This document shows, piece by piece, positions 9,103 through 19,870 of a DNA stretch of 64,000 nucleotides. The position numbers and the translations under genes were made by a program. The notes under the pieces were generated by a model. It ran no database searches. It saw nothing but the letters and a program-made list of their open reading frames with translations, and was not told where the DNA came from. Each line of letters opens with the position of its first letter. The first letter of the stretch is position 1. The DNA is from Amphiscolops sp. MND2022 (Eukaryota): NCBI GenBank assembly GCA_964187785.1, contig OZ076412.1, positions 64,418,001 through 64,482,000 on the forward strand. The letters run 5' to 3'.

Positions 9103-11694
9103 TCACTTCGAACCGCCAGGGGCACTCTTTTTCGACGAATGGCCTTTAGTAGTAATGGCACTAGTGGAAGCACCACGACGACCAGCCTTCTTCTCTTGCA
9201 ATTTCTGTGACACACTGCTAGCACCACTAGCAGAAACAAGCGATTTAGCTGACGCGACAGGAACACCGCTTCCAAATCCCACTTTAGACGTAGAACAAGA
9301 AACAGGGACCTCAACTTCGGCCGAAACGCTGGCTGGAGCAACTGCGGGCGAACTGTTGATAGGAGAACCTGACGATAACACTCCCAATCCAGCTCGACGA
9401 CGCCAATCAGCCACCTGGCCCATATAATAACCATTGAACCTCTCCCGCAAGTCACGATAGAGATCCTGATGAGACTGCAAATACAATGGCCGCCAAGGAG
9501 AAAAAGAAGCATTGGACATAAATACATGTCCCACTGGCAAATTCGCTTTCAACTCATCAAGACAATCTTTAGTCAATAACTCTCCAGAGACGAAAGCACC
9601 ATCCGAGACATAAGACTGCAAAGACAGAATTGAGGACAACAGTATCTTCTTGGGAACAGACGACCCACTGAGAGACATCTCCACTCTGGCATAGCGGGCA
9701 GCCCGGGGAACGACCCCAACGGAAACCAAAGCAATCACCTTCGTTAGGTGCACACGACACCCCAACAACCCACTCTCATGGAGGAAGGAAAAGCTGTTCT
9801 TAATGGTCGTAACCACTCGGCGATTCTTCCGTCGTAAATCCACCAAGAGCGATTTAAACTCGTTACTGGCACCCTCGGCTTCAACGGAGGACAGACGACC
9901 ACAAGCCTGAAGGCAGGAGACCAACTCTCGGAAGAGAGACACTGTGTAAGCCTCGTCACCCTGAAGGAGCATATCAGGAGAAAGACAACTGAGACTTGAA
10001 GCCAACAAGGAAGTGGAATACGAGGATACGTTCAGCACTTTAAGGAACTCCATCAGGAACCCATGACATTCACGGAGGAAATTCCGCTTCGCGGCATCGC
10101 TACATCCTTGCAACGCTTTGAGAACGATTGGCTCACTCCTCAAACAGTCGACATACGCCACATTCGACCAGGTGCATAACGGACGACCAATATACAGGCT
10201 CCACTCCTCGATTCTCGGCAACTCTGACAATTTCTTCACTTTACCCAAGAGACTCCAATAAAAAAAGCAGAACTCAGCGTAATTACGACAACTGTAATCG
10301 GTCACACTCTCGTCACCTTGTTTTTCAAAATTAGACTGGAAACAAGACACCAGCACATGCAACAAACTCAAACGAGGCAACACGTATGAGTCCGAAACGA
10401 TCAGCTGACCCAAATCAACCGGGGTTTTTCCCCGAGGTGGAGCTGTAGCACCGCTTTCCTTGAGAACAAGCTTCACGTCTTCCCAATGGTCGACCAACTC
10501 TTCCAAAACGGCACCCAAGACACTGAAGGGAATCTCTCGCTTCCGAACACACTGACGCAACTCCACTAAACCCAGCATCCAGGGCTGATAAACAGCTTTG
10601 TTGAACTGTAAAACCAGGAAATCCAAGACTGCAAAAGGATCCAAGGAATGGGCACCAACCATGCCCGCTTCACGCACATGACTCTTGAAGACACTCGGAG
10701 AATACTCTAACAAGGACAGAGGTACAGACCGATCACGAGCACGACACCACTCACTGAACACATTGAACAAGGTGGGCGAACATCCGAGTAATACAACTGG
10801 AGAATGAGTCTCAGGGAGGGTTGCTAGAACACGCGACAGACACAGAATTTCGGCATCACAGATTCCTGACGAATAGGGTTCCCACAACAGAGTCACCTCA
10901 CGAACGTGACTACCGACACAACACCGGACAATGCAGCAGACTCCTTCATCCTCCTCGCGAAACAAGATGCTGAAAGGTGAGTCCTTACACCAAGAGTACA
11001 CTCGACGGAGCACACGAGGATACAAGGTCTGACAGACTATCACGAGCGACTCTGTTTTGCTCCATGTAGCCTGAGCATACGACGACTCGACCGGGATAGT
11101 GACCCGAAATTGATTCCACAGCCGCCTCAAAAAGCTGTGTGACCCGCCACTCCGAAGGAGCTCGAATAGACCACCCACAAGCGTCGCAGAAGGAACGTTA
11201 GAGACGACACCAACTAGAGCATCCACTTCGTCTTCCCTGAAAGGATTCTTCTTACCCAGGACAACGGGGGGCGTCTGCTCAATTTCCGCACGCAACTCAC
11301 TGGAAATATCGGCGACCTTCACGGGGTCAAACTGAGAGGTGTAAATCACATCTTCATGATCCAATCTGTATCGTCGATCCTTCAGATAGTGACTCTTGCG
11401 ACTGAAGTGTCGCCAGATTTCAGGCTCACCCCGACTCAGGAAAGAAATGTCCTTTTGACAAATTGCACAATTAAACCCGTTCGGGTTCTTATCTGACCTC
11501 TGGCTGACGAATAACTGGGGAATAGCATGCCCAGCCATTTCTCTACGCAGAACATGTCGCTCAGTCTGCCTCTGCTTCCTCCGCTCATACTTCGCATAGA
11601 GTCTCCGTTTCGTCTTCTCTTCATCGTCCAACTGACTGGAATCCCGATGCATCTGTATGCCTTTTGACTTCAGGAGTCGCACGATTCGATCCAA
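9103..11694 (-). CDS. Antisense accessory protein: degenerate (catalytically inactive-looking) hAT-family transposase homolog with BED-like C2H2 zinc finger
   Basis: 863-codon ORF; FNCAICQKDISFLSRGEPEIWRHFSRKSH (C76, C79, H96, H102); colinear hAT-like blocks WSKTESLVIVCQTLYP..CKDSPFSILFREE, EELVDHWEDVKLVL, RLSLLHVLVSCFQSNFEKQ, FLRECHGFLMEF, SLSCLSP, HLTKVIALVSV..LLSSILSL. True start is uncertain (TTG 11694, ATG 11652, or splicing). Confidence 0.75.
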   Translation of the reverse strand: MDRIVRLLKSKGIQMHRDSSQLDDEEKTKRRLYAKYERRKQRQTERHVLRREMAGHAIPQLFVSQRSDKNPNGFNCAICQKDISFLSRGEPEIWRHFSRKSHYLKDRRYRLDHEDVIYTSQFDPVKVADISSELRAEIEQTPPVVLGKKNPFREDEVDALVGVVSNVPSATLVGGLFELLRSGGSHSFLRRLWNQFRVTIPVESSYAQATWSKTESLVIVCQTLYPRVLRRVYSWCKDSPFSILFREEDEGVCCIVRCCVGSHVREVTLLWEPYSSGICDAEILCLSRVLATLPETHSPVVLLGCSPTLFNVFSEWCRARDRSVPLSLLEYSPSVFKSHVREAGMVGAHSLDPFAVLDFLVLQFNKAVYQPWMLGLVELRQCVRKREIPFSVLGAVLEELVDHWEDVKLVLKESGATAPPRGKTPVDLGQLIVSDSYVLPRLSLLHVLVSCFQSNFEKQGDESVTDYSCRNYAEFCFFYWSLLGKVKKLSELPRIEEWSLYIGRPLCTWSNVAYVDCLRSEPIVLKALQGCSDAAKRNFLRECHGFLMEFLKVLNVSSYSTSLLASSLSCLSPDMLLQGDEAYTVSLFRELVSCLQACGRLSSVEAEGASNEFKSLLVDLRRKNRRVVTTIKNSFSFLHESGLLGCRVHLTKVIALVSVGVVPRAARYARVEMSLSGSSVPKKILLSSILSLQSYVSDGAFVSGELLTKDCLDELKANLPVGHVFMSNASFSPWRPLYLQSHQDLYRDLRERFNGYYMGQVADWRRRAGLGVLSSGSPINSSPAVAPASVSAEVEVPVSCSTSKVGFGSGVPVASAKSLVSASGASSVSQKLQEKKAGRRGASTSAITTKGHSSKKSAPGGSK

Positions 11695-13025
11695 CTTTAA
11701 ATAATAAAACCAAGATGAAACCCACTAATAACGAATTACAACACGCACATACGAACCAACGATCAACAGAACACTACGACATAACAGGACTAACAAAATT
11801 GACAACGGCAAAACAAGAACTTACGACGCGACAGTGACCTCTCATCACCACGAGATTGCGACCGCTCCAGACGTACAGCAGCCCGACCATATGCCAGCAC
11901 CTGACTGGATGAGAGACAAATCGCCCCAGAAGGCACATCGGATAATCCAGCTAAAATACAAAGAAGCAATGAAACCCAATGCACCACGCCTTCACCAAGA
12001 CAAACCTACTACGACCTACGAAGATGACAACAAAGCATAATACCTTTGCCCCATTCATTGTGCAATACAGACTGCTCCACACCCTCGGCGGGACGACCAT
12101 GTTGAGTCCGACTGCGCCTCGTCTTCGAACCACTAGCCCCATCGTCTGCGAAAACATCAGGCGTCACACCGGGCGATCCACTGGATATAAGACCCAAAAG
12201 GTCGAAGACGTTTTCTCCTTGAGGGATGGGTGTCTGAACTGCAACAAAAATGAAACCGATAACGCGAGCTTAGATATTCACCCAAGACCAACAAAAGAAT
12301 TCCTACCTTCACCCTCCGAGTCTGGGAATCGAACCACAGCAATCCCAGGGCTGTCATCTGAGCTCGACACATTGGGACGCACCTTCTTGGAAGCACCCTC
12401 CCCAGCATTCGACATCAGCCGCTTGCTGCGCCGAGACCCAACAGAGAGAGAAGTTGTCCCAGGAGCAAAATCCACGTCATTAGAATCGTCGGAGGCTACT
12501 GAAACCAAAGAAAGGTAGATGAAATGACGCGTCTGTGTACTAGCATTAAAATTGTTAACTGGCCATTAACAAATAGCTAAGAAACCCACCGTGTTGGTCA
12601 TGAAGATAATCTAAGTCATGTCGCGCATCACTCCCAGAAGAATGGATGGAAGCATCATCATCATCACTAGCATCGACAGCACCAACTTGTGCGGCATCAG
12701 CGGCATCGTCAGAGTCGTCATCATCACTGTCACCAGTATCGATCTCACCGAAACCAGCAGCCCTTCGTGGAGCCGCCCCACTTACTTCACCCAACTGTCC
12801 ATCGACCGGTGCCGCAGTATCCACAGACACACCGCCTTGACACACCCCACCTGAGCCCTCCACTATTTGTAACTGACCCTCGGACGCTTCACCTCCTTCC
12901 TCACTCTCACCGTCACTGTCCACACCAACTCCTCTTCCACGCAAAGATTCACGCTCACTCTCAATCACTCCAATATCCCGAGACAGGGCAAAACGAGTAG
13001 CATCCTCGTCTGTCGAATCCGCCAT
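11621..13025 (-). CDS. Antisense five-exon gene encoding a ~340-aa acidic, low-complexity protein
   Basis: Predicted exons 13025-12590, 12498-12307, 12238-12044, 11950-11825, 11694-11621; GT-AG introns of 91, 68, 93 and 130 nt, all phase 1; the splices join track ORFs 12555-13085, 12278-12508, 12009-12197 and 11790-11987 in frame; total 1023 nt = 341 codons. Confidence 0.7.
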
Positions 13026-13304
13026 AACTTGACAAAACAATCTGAAATAATACCATTCAATAGAATAACATCGAAGACGTGGCATAAAACCAATGCTAAT
13101 ACTAATATTACAAACTAATAGTATGACGTAATGGAAGTCATTCAGTCTGCCAGCTGAAAACTTTCACATTCATGCAAGCGGCGTGAACAGAAGAAAAGAA
13201 CGGAATTATCATTCAATTACTCGACCATTCCGCAGAACAGCCGCTCAGCATTGCTTACAACTATTACTATTTATTGCATACAATTTATTTACTCATCGGA
13301 TCAA

Positions 13305-13955
13305 ATGAATTCATCGACACTCAATTCCTCAACCGATTATTTCATTTTGGACCGCGACCAAGACGCTGCCCCAGTAAACCCCCGCGCACATTCAACACCT
13401 ACAGCGCTTGGTGATAATTGCCAAAATACTCAAACACCAATTATCGAGGATATTTACGAGATTATCAATACTGGGACAGAACATATTGTCCTTTACCATG
13501 AGTCGGCGCCGATATCTATACTAGAAACAGCCCAATCAGATACATTACCATCCAGGAAATTTACAAACTTCAACCCAATTATCCCGGATGACGAATTCAT
13601 GAGCCCCCCTAGAAACTACGAGAATATGGACAATTGGCTATACGGGCCGCACGATGGGACAATCAGCCCCATCTCTAGTAACTCTAGTTCGATAGGTTAC
13701 TTCTCAGGAAGTGACTGGTCAACAGATTCGTCCTGGATGTCTTATGATTCAATGGTACAGTCTATATTTCAACCCCCCATCTCTTCCCCATTCAGGCCAA
13801 TTTCACCACTTCTTCCCACAATGGACGTCTCTCATCAAAGCCGGGGACTGTCACAGCCGCCACAGGGCCGTGAAATAATAAGAACAGAGAGAACGCCAGA
13901 GGAAAGAAATGGCGAAATTAACCAAGAAGAAGCTAATAAACCATCACAAACCTGA
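13305..13955 (+). CDS. Sense accessory ORF (216 aa, Ser/Pro/Asp-rich) crossing the PPT and ending inside U3
   Basis: ATG 13305 to TGA 13955 (open from 13251); last ~35 codons are inside the 3' LTR; no recognisable domain. Confidence 0.55.
   Translation: MNSSTLNSSTDYFILDRDQDAAPVNPRAHSTPTALGDNCQNTQTPIIEDIYEIINTGTEHIVLYHESAPISILETAQSDTLPSRKFTNFNPIIPDDEFMSPPRNYENMDNWLYGPHDGTISPISSNSSSIGYFSGSDWSTDSSWMSYDSMVQSIFQPPISSPFRPISPLLPTMDVSHQSRGLSQPPQGREIIRTERTPEERNGEINQEEANKPSQT
13837..13848 (+). other. Polypurine tract (plus-strand primer)
   Basis: AAAGCCGGGGAC immediately 5' of the 3' LTR; position is diagnostic, purity is imperfect. Confidence 0.6.
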
Positions 13956-16050
13956 AAGGAAACAATCAACAAACAAACACTCATTGATATTGAACAACCC
14001 TGTAAGTGCATAATATTAATATCATCAATCCTCTGCAGTACCTGAAATACATAAATATGTAAATAATTAAATAATAATAACTTGTTGTAAATGTGATTTG
14101 TTTGCAGTAGCTTGACCAATACGCTGATTGAAGTTATTCCAACCAGCGCACTGACCAGCCTACCGTCCCAATATCTGCGTAGCAAAACACACTAATTCTC
14201 ACTGTCCTTTTAATTAACCAATCAGCGCCAAGCGCGAATGTGCAGTATTAACTCAGCTACTATACTCGTCAAGCCACCAGTCAGCAAAGACTGGGACGCA
14301 CGCCTGGGAGCTCGATCGAATTAATCAAAGTGCTAATATATTAAGTGACGTCACGTGTGAAGTGAATACAAATCCAAAGCTTAGAAGAAGCTTAAATTGT
14401 GCAGTATTCAATAGTGAAGATCGAAAACGTAATATTTATAGCATGAAAAGGTGTGATTGAAGATTTGTCGATCCCGATAATTGGGACGACCGCCGGGACG
14501 ACCGTTCTAAATTTATAATCTGGGACGACCACCGGGACGACCGTTCTAAATTTATAATCTGGGACGACCACCGGGACGACCGTTCTAAATTTATAATCTG
14601 GGACGACCGCCGGGACGCTCGTTCAGTCACTCTAACTGATCAATCAAGTACAAATAATCGATGCTAACTCTAGATAAATGTTTTGTGGCTTAAAAGAAGC
14701 TAAATACCAAAAGTACTTCCAATGAGTAATAATCGATGATGCTTGTAGTATTTTTAACGTGTTCGGTCCACCTTGTAGTTGAGTCAACTTCCCAGGCGGA
14801 GCGCTAAATTTCTTTAATATTACAAGAGCCTGGACAGCTGACCGAACGTATTCAATTAATACATGCCCTATAGTTAACCTAATAACAATGTTGCCCCTGT
14901 TAAATGTGATATTTGACGATAATATAGTAAAACAACCCCCAGTGCTGCCTTTTCCAGTCCTCACATGCAATGTTTTGTTAATACATAGTTGAGTCAATAG
15001 CCCGGTCAAACGGCCAGGTCACTCTAAATGAAATTCGTTACCTGGCGTTCACCCAGGACTTTTTCGTTAGCTTCAATTTAAAGTGCTAATTAACGGCCAT
15101 AATCATCTGATTTAGAAGAAATCAGTGCTGTTAGTTTATTTCTTTGATGTTTCCCTCAAATTACTAGTAGTAAAATTTGGGATTGTTCGGTGATAATTTC
15201 ATTTCCTTTTCCCGCTTCAGTAGCTAGGTTCATGAATTTCAGTGCCAACTTCACCTTCGGCGTCTTGAAAAGGCGGGGAATGAAGAAGAAAGGGACGCGG
15301 AATTGGGAAGCGGCAGGAAGTGAATTCCCACTTTTCTTTAAAGTGGGTTGAAGCCGAATGCCGAGTCCCGAGGAAGAGTACCTTATTTGGATTTCCCCGC
15401 TTCGGAAAAGACGCCGAGGTGAACAAGGTGTGAATTCACGCGCGGGGTTTTCTCCGCGTGTCTAGCGTAAAGTATAAATACCTGAAGCGGGATTAGGAAA
15501 AGTTAGTTGACAATTTTATTTTTTTAAGTGCGTTTGATTAATCATTCTCCAGAAATTTTGCTTTTGTAATAATCGTGTTAATTACTTTTACTTAATATAA
15601 TTCCTTTTGTTTCGGAAAACTTTGGAAAATCACTGAACTGAAGTCTCCATTACGTTTGTAACGACTCAAGTTTAATTGGAATATTGTTTCTCCACTATTT
15701 TTACAAGATGCCTGAGAAATCTCAAAAACGAAAGTTGAGGAGTGACCAGTCGACTAGCCAGTTCGACGTAGAAACCGCGAGTTCTATCAACGACGAAAAC
15801 ACCGTACTTTCGGAAAGGGATTTTGAAGACATATCCAATAAAATTGAGAATAGAATTTCCAAGCGTCTTGAAGACACTGAACTCAATCAACGTGAGATAT
15901 TAAAATTGATTGAGAACCTGTCGTCTAAAGTTGACAACCTCTCGAGCGTCAATTCTGAACAAGGTTACTTGACGACCAGAACTGAGAATAACGGAAACCC
16001 TACTGAAGAGCTAGAAGAAGTTAGTTTGTCTAGGAACGAGAGTTCCAACA
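13849..16050 (+). repeat. 3' LTR (2202 bp)
   Basis: Near-identical copy of 70-2271; preceded by purine-rich AAAGCCGGGGAC and followed by the TSD. Confidence 0.97.
14482..14624. repeat. 39-bp tandem repeat, 3' LTR copy
   Basis: Same array as 703-845. Confidence 0.95.
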
Positions 16051-16055
16051 TATAC
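16051..16055. other. Target-site duplication TATAC (right copy)
   Basis: Directly follows ...CCAACA at 16050. Confidence 0.93.
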
Positions 16056-17633
16056 CTTTCCGCAAGCTAGTGAGCTGGAAAATTCATCACGCATTCACGC
16101 TTCATTCAGCCCGGCGTCCTTCCGAGGTGACAAAACCGGAAGTTCAGTTCCGCTTTGTCGAACTCAGACTCTCAGTTTGTTCATGCTTCCCGGGGAAAGC
16201 ACGCGTCCACTTCCTGTCTGAGTTGCGACTCCGCTTCCCTTCACCTCCAATTCCCGCCTCTTTAGGACGCCAAAGCTGAATTCAGCATCAAAATGTACAA
16301 TGACTCAGAATTTTGCTTCCAAAAGAATAGGGAAAAATAGCAACGATACAATAATGACTATTTTATGGAGATTGAAAATCTCCCAAATTAATCGGATCAA
16401 ATACTGCTCTGGTTAATTATCTCACTAACAAACTGCAAAAACGATTTGTAAATCCCTTCAGGGGACATGAATATGCTAATTATTCACAATGGAAAAAATC
16501 CAAATCCCAGGCGGTAGTCCGGGACGATTTGGATAAGACGAAGGAATAATTTCATGAACGAAATTGTATAGCAACGAAACAAAGATTTACATGAAGATAA
16601 GTCATCCCAGGGACACTATTTGGGACGTTAATTAACCTGGTTACATGAGAATTTGCTTGGGAGAAATAATACGGCACAGTTTGAGAGTTTTAGTCTCAGG
16701 CCGGGGTCTTGGCCATGGATTCATATTATCAGGTGTTTGAACATAGTTGCATGAGAAAATTATCACAGATAGCATACAATCATCCATTATTGTTTGCAAT
16801 TACATATATCAGGTAGTGGTTTCATTGAGGGAATGTAAAATTAACTGTAGCGCCGTTATTTCCATTTCAAGAGTGTGTTCCGGCAATTTTCATCTCAGGC
16901 CACGTCCTGGGCCGCAGTCCGCTGCGTTTAGAAATTAAACAACGTTACATGAATAAAACTGCTACAAGTTACATGCAATTAACGGTTATTTTTTACAATC
17001 ATGAGTATTGGTTCATGGCTTCATTGGGAAAGGCAGAAAATCATTATTAACACTATCATCTTCCATAAAAATGGATTTCTAGGTGCATGGTGTCTCAGGC
17101 CGTGATATTCAATTTCTGTACGTTTGTTGCTTTCATTCAATCACTTGTACATTAATACGCCTAGCATCGTTCAATTTGCATACAAAATGTTTTATCAGGT
17201 TAATGCTCATACAATAGTACTGCACTATGCTGTTAATTAGCAGCGCACAGCATATTTCGATTTCAGGCCACTCGCCACGCCGGCGCTTCACTGCTTGAAT
17301 CTCAGGCCGGTTGCCAGGCCGCGGTTCCGCCATTGTTATTATTTATATAGCACTAATAAATATTATTAGCTGCACTAACAGCTTCATACTGGTTGGTACA
17401 CTGTGTGTGTATGTGTATATTAAGTAATACTGTATATATGTACATATACGTGTATTTATATAATTTTAGCTCCGAAATAATTTCAAGTAATAAATATATC
17501 TATCAGCACTAAATTAGTTGTATATTAGTTATTTCACTTGCCTTTCCTTTTCTTTTACTCTAATCCCAACTTCCTTCTCCGTAGACCGCGCTTACTACAT
17601 GACAGGTCTCACAGATTAGCTGGGGCTGTGACA
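16056..17633 (-). mobile_element. LTR of a related Gypsy family in opposite orientation, interrupted by the 16-kb element (continues at 64 to 1 and beyond the window)
   Basis: Minus strand begins TGTCACAGCCC at 17633 (cf. TGTCACAGCCG); reverse complement of 16251-16274 matches 1477-1500 at 19/24; reverse complement of ~16105-16127 resembles 1621-1644; its TATA run sits ~1580 nt from the LTR start versus ~1625 in element 1. Confidence 0.7.
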
Positions 17634-19012
17634 ATAACACCCCGGAAGTGTCGTGGCTGGTATAACCATACAATGACATATATTCCAGACTGCCTTGCTA
17701 TGAAGCCTATTGATGGTTAAATATGTTATCCATTTTATCAAGTTTATCTGTTTTCTCTCTCATTATATATTTGTGGCAATTTGTGTATAAATGTTTCAAT
17801 AGAAATTCGTTTGTTTCAATTGAACTCACTTTTGGGAAAAAGAGAACTTATTTTGGCTTCACTGTTTCAAAAGGAAATACTTTTGTTTCAGACGGGCTCA
17901 TTTTTGTCTCAATAGGCGTTGAAAAGGTGTAAAAGATGCCAGAGGCAAACTTTGTCCCTCCACTCATATCAATAATATTTGATTTTAACATTTTGAAAAC
18001 GCCCTTCTTAAAATTTTACACACGGTATGATCCAAAAACGCAAACTTTTCAGTTTTTTTAAAATTATTGTCACGGCGGGATTACAATTCTTTTTAGCTGT
18101 TCATTTCTCAAGAAAGCATTTCGAGAAAAAAGTGTGAGATTTAAAACTTAAAGATGTCAGAGCTACAAAATCGATCAAAAATGATGATATAACTTTTAAA
18201 GTTGAGTATTGATTCGGCTCCGAAACAAAAAATACTCTGGTAATTTTGATTAATTGTGAGACTTTTGCTTCTGAGACATTTTTCTGTAAAATGATTTTAA
18301 TAAAACATATTGCAGTTTGAAATTTTCCGTTAAAGAAATCAAACAAATCGAGTGTTTAGCTTCTTGATACCATAGTGCCGTCTCTTCAACAGTTTGCTGG
18401 TAGACCACACGGTTGAGGAGAAGAAAACAAGAATTCGGGAGGTAATGTAGCAAATCGTTAACTGCAACTGGTTGCCACAGAGAAAAAAAAATTTCATGAA
18501 ACTCACAGCAAGACTCACAATCCGGGATCACTTTTGAATTTTTAAATGTTTCGTTTATTAAAAAAAAAACGGAACAATATATACAATTTAGAATCACACC
18601 TAATAACACTAGTAGAAAGATGATAAAGGAAATCGGGAAAGCAAAGAATTGCCTTATTCACCATTGCCCAGATTCATCGCCGCGTAAAATTCCATTCATA
18701 TTCCTCCATTCAAAGATTTCAAGCCGTCCCCATGCTTGGTTTGGCATGAAACCATTTGGTTCTGTGACATGATGTCATAATGTTAAGATTGACCGTTAAG
18801 GTCATTTGATCATACTGACAGATAAGGTCATTTGATCATACTGACAGATAAGTACCTGTCAACCTTTGTGTTAATGCTAATGCTTGTACATCTTATCGTA
18901 GTAGACTCTGTTAGATTTGAATACGAGCTACAATACACCATACATTGTTACAAGCTATCTTATTGTTACACTTCTTACAACAATATAGAACATGGCGCAG
19001 TCAGATTAAAAG

Positions 19013-19870
19013 ATGGAGGGAAATAAAACATCCGAAAGCACAAGCTCCTCAAATGAAGAAACCTCAGAACGTGGAAACCAAATGAAATGAGAAGACCCAC
19101 CAGAAGATCACTACCCACATTCGATAAAAGAGGCTTCCAAGAAGACAAACTGTGGTGGCGCAGATTCACACGGTAAATAAAGATGACCGAAATTATCGAT
19201 CTGAACACAATGACGAAAGACCGGGAAATACTGGAACATTATGAAGAAGACCTAGACAACCGGATAAAAGGTTTATTTTTTGAGCGTTGGGAGAATCAGC
19301 CATAACGGAAGTGACAAGAACCGTAAGAGACAATGATCCCAATAGAATGGACATAAACCAGTTATATTCACTGTTTCGTTTACATTTTATTCCGGAACGA
19401 AATAAATTAGATTGTTGCGCAGATTTCTTTGGAATAACCAAAGAGAAGATCGAAACGGCCGAAGATGTATGGACAAGAATTCTACTGGTAGAAAAGAATT
19501 GTGAGTTTGAAATTGTAACACCGGCAGAATTAATTGCCTCCAAATTACTAACCGGGAGATCAACAGGAGATTACGAGCAAAACAAAAAGATACGAAAAAG
19601 CAGTATGACAATTGAGAAAATTGCGGAACTAATACCTGAATACATGTATGACAGACTAAACGATTCAAACAACTCAAATGACGGGAGAGGAATACAACAT
19701 GTACAGGACTGACAAATCCACTAACGAAAAACCAAGAGAAGGAACAGACAATCAGAAAACAAAGAACAAAGACAACCGATGCGGACAATGTGGAGCGCCA
19801 AACTGGTCAAGACAACACAAGTGCCCAGCAAAATCCGCAGAATGCCGAAATAAAAAAAGACGATGACACT
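19013..19870 (+). pseudogene. gag: gag remnant
   Basis: TRTVRDNDPNRMDINQLYSLFRLHFIPERN.. and knuckle-like CGQCGAPNWSRQHKCPAK, broken by frameshifts and stops. Confidence 0.75.

Larger units (their letters stand above)
70..16050 (+). mobile_element. Full-length Ty3/Gypsy LTR retrotransposon (~15.98 kb) with accessory gene cassette
   Basis: Direct terminal repeats 70-2271 and 13849-16050 (offset 13779), both TGT...ACA; 5-bp TSD TATAC; PBS and PPT; uninterrupted gag and pol with PR-RT-RH-IN order. Confidence 0.97.

Noticed and set aside
9103-11694. env gene of an errantivirus-like element
   Set aside because: Antisense orientation, no signal peptide, no furin site plus C-terminal TM anchor; a zinc finger and hAT-like blocks fit better.
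8800-13300. Independent, active hAT transposon nested in the retroelement
   Set aside because: I could not find TIRs or an 8-bp TSD, and the catalytic positions appear substituted; this needs alignment to exclude fully.
70-16050. DIRS/Ngaro tyrosine-recombinase element
   Set aside because: LTRs are simple direct repeats with a TSD, pol has a DDE integrase, and no YR motif was seen.
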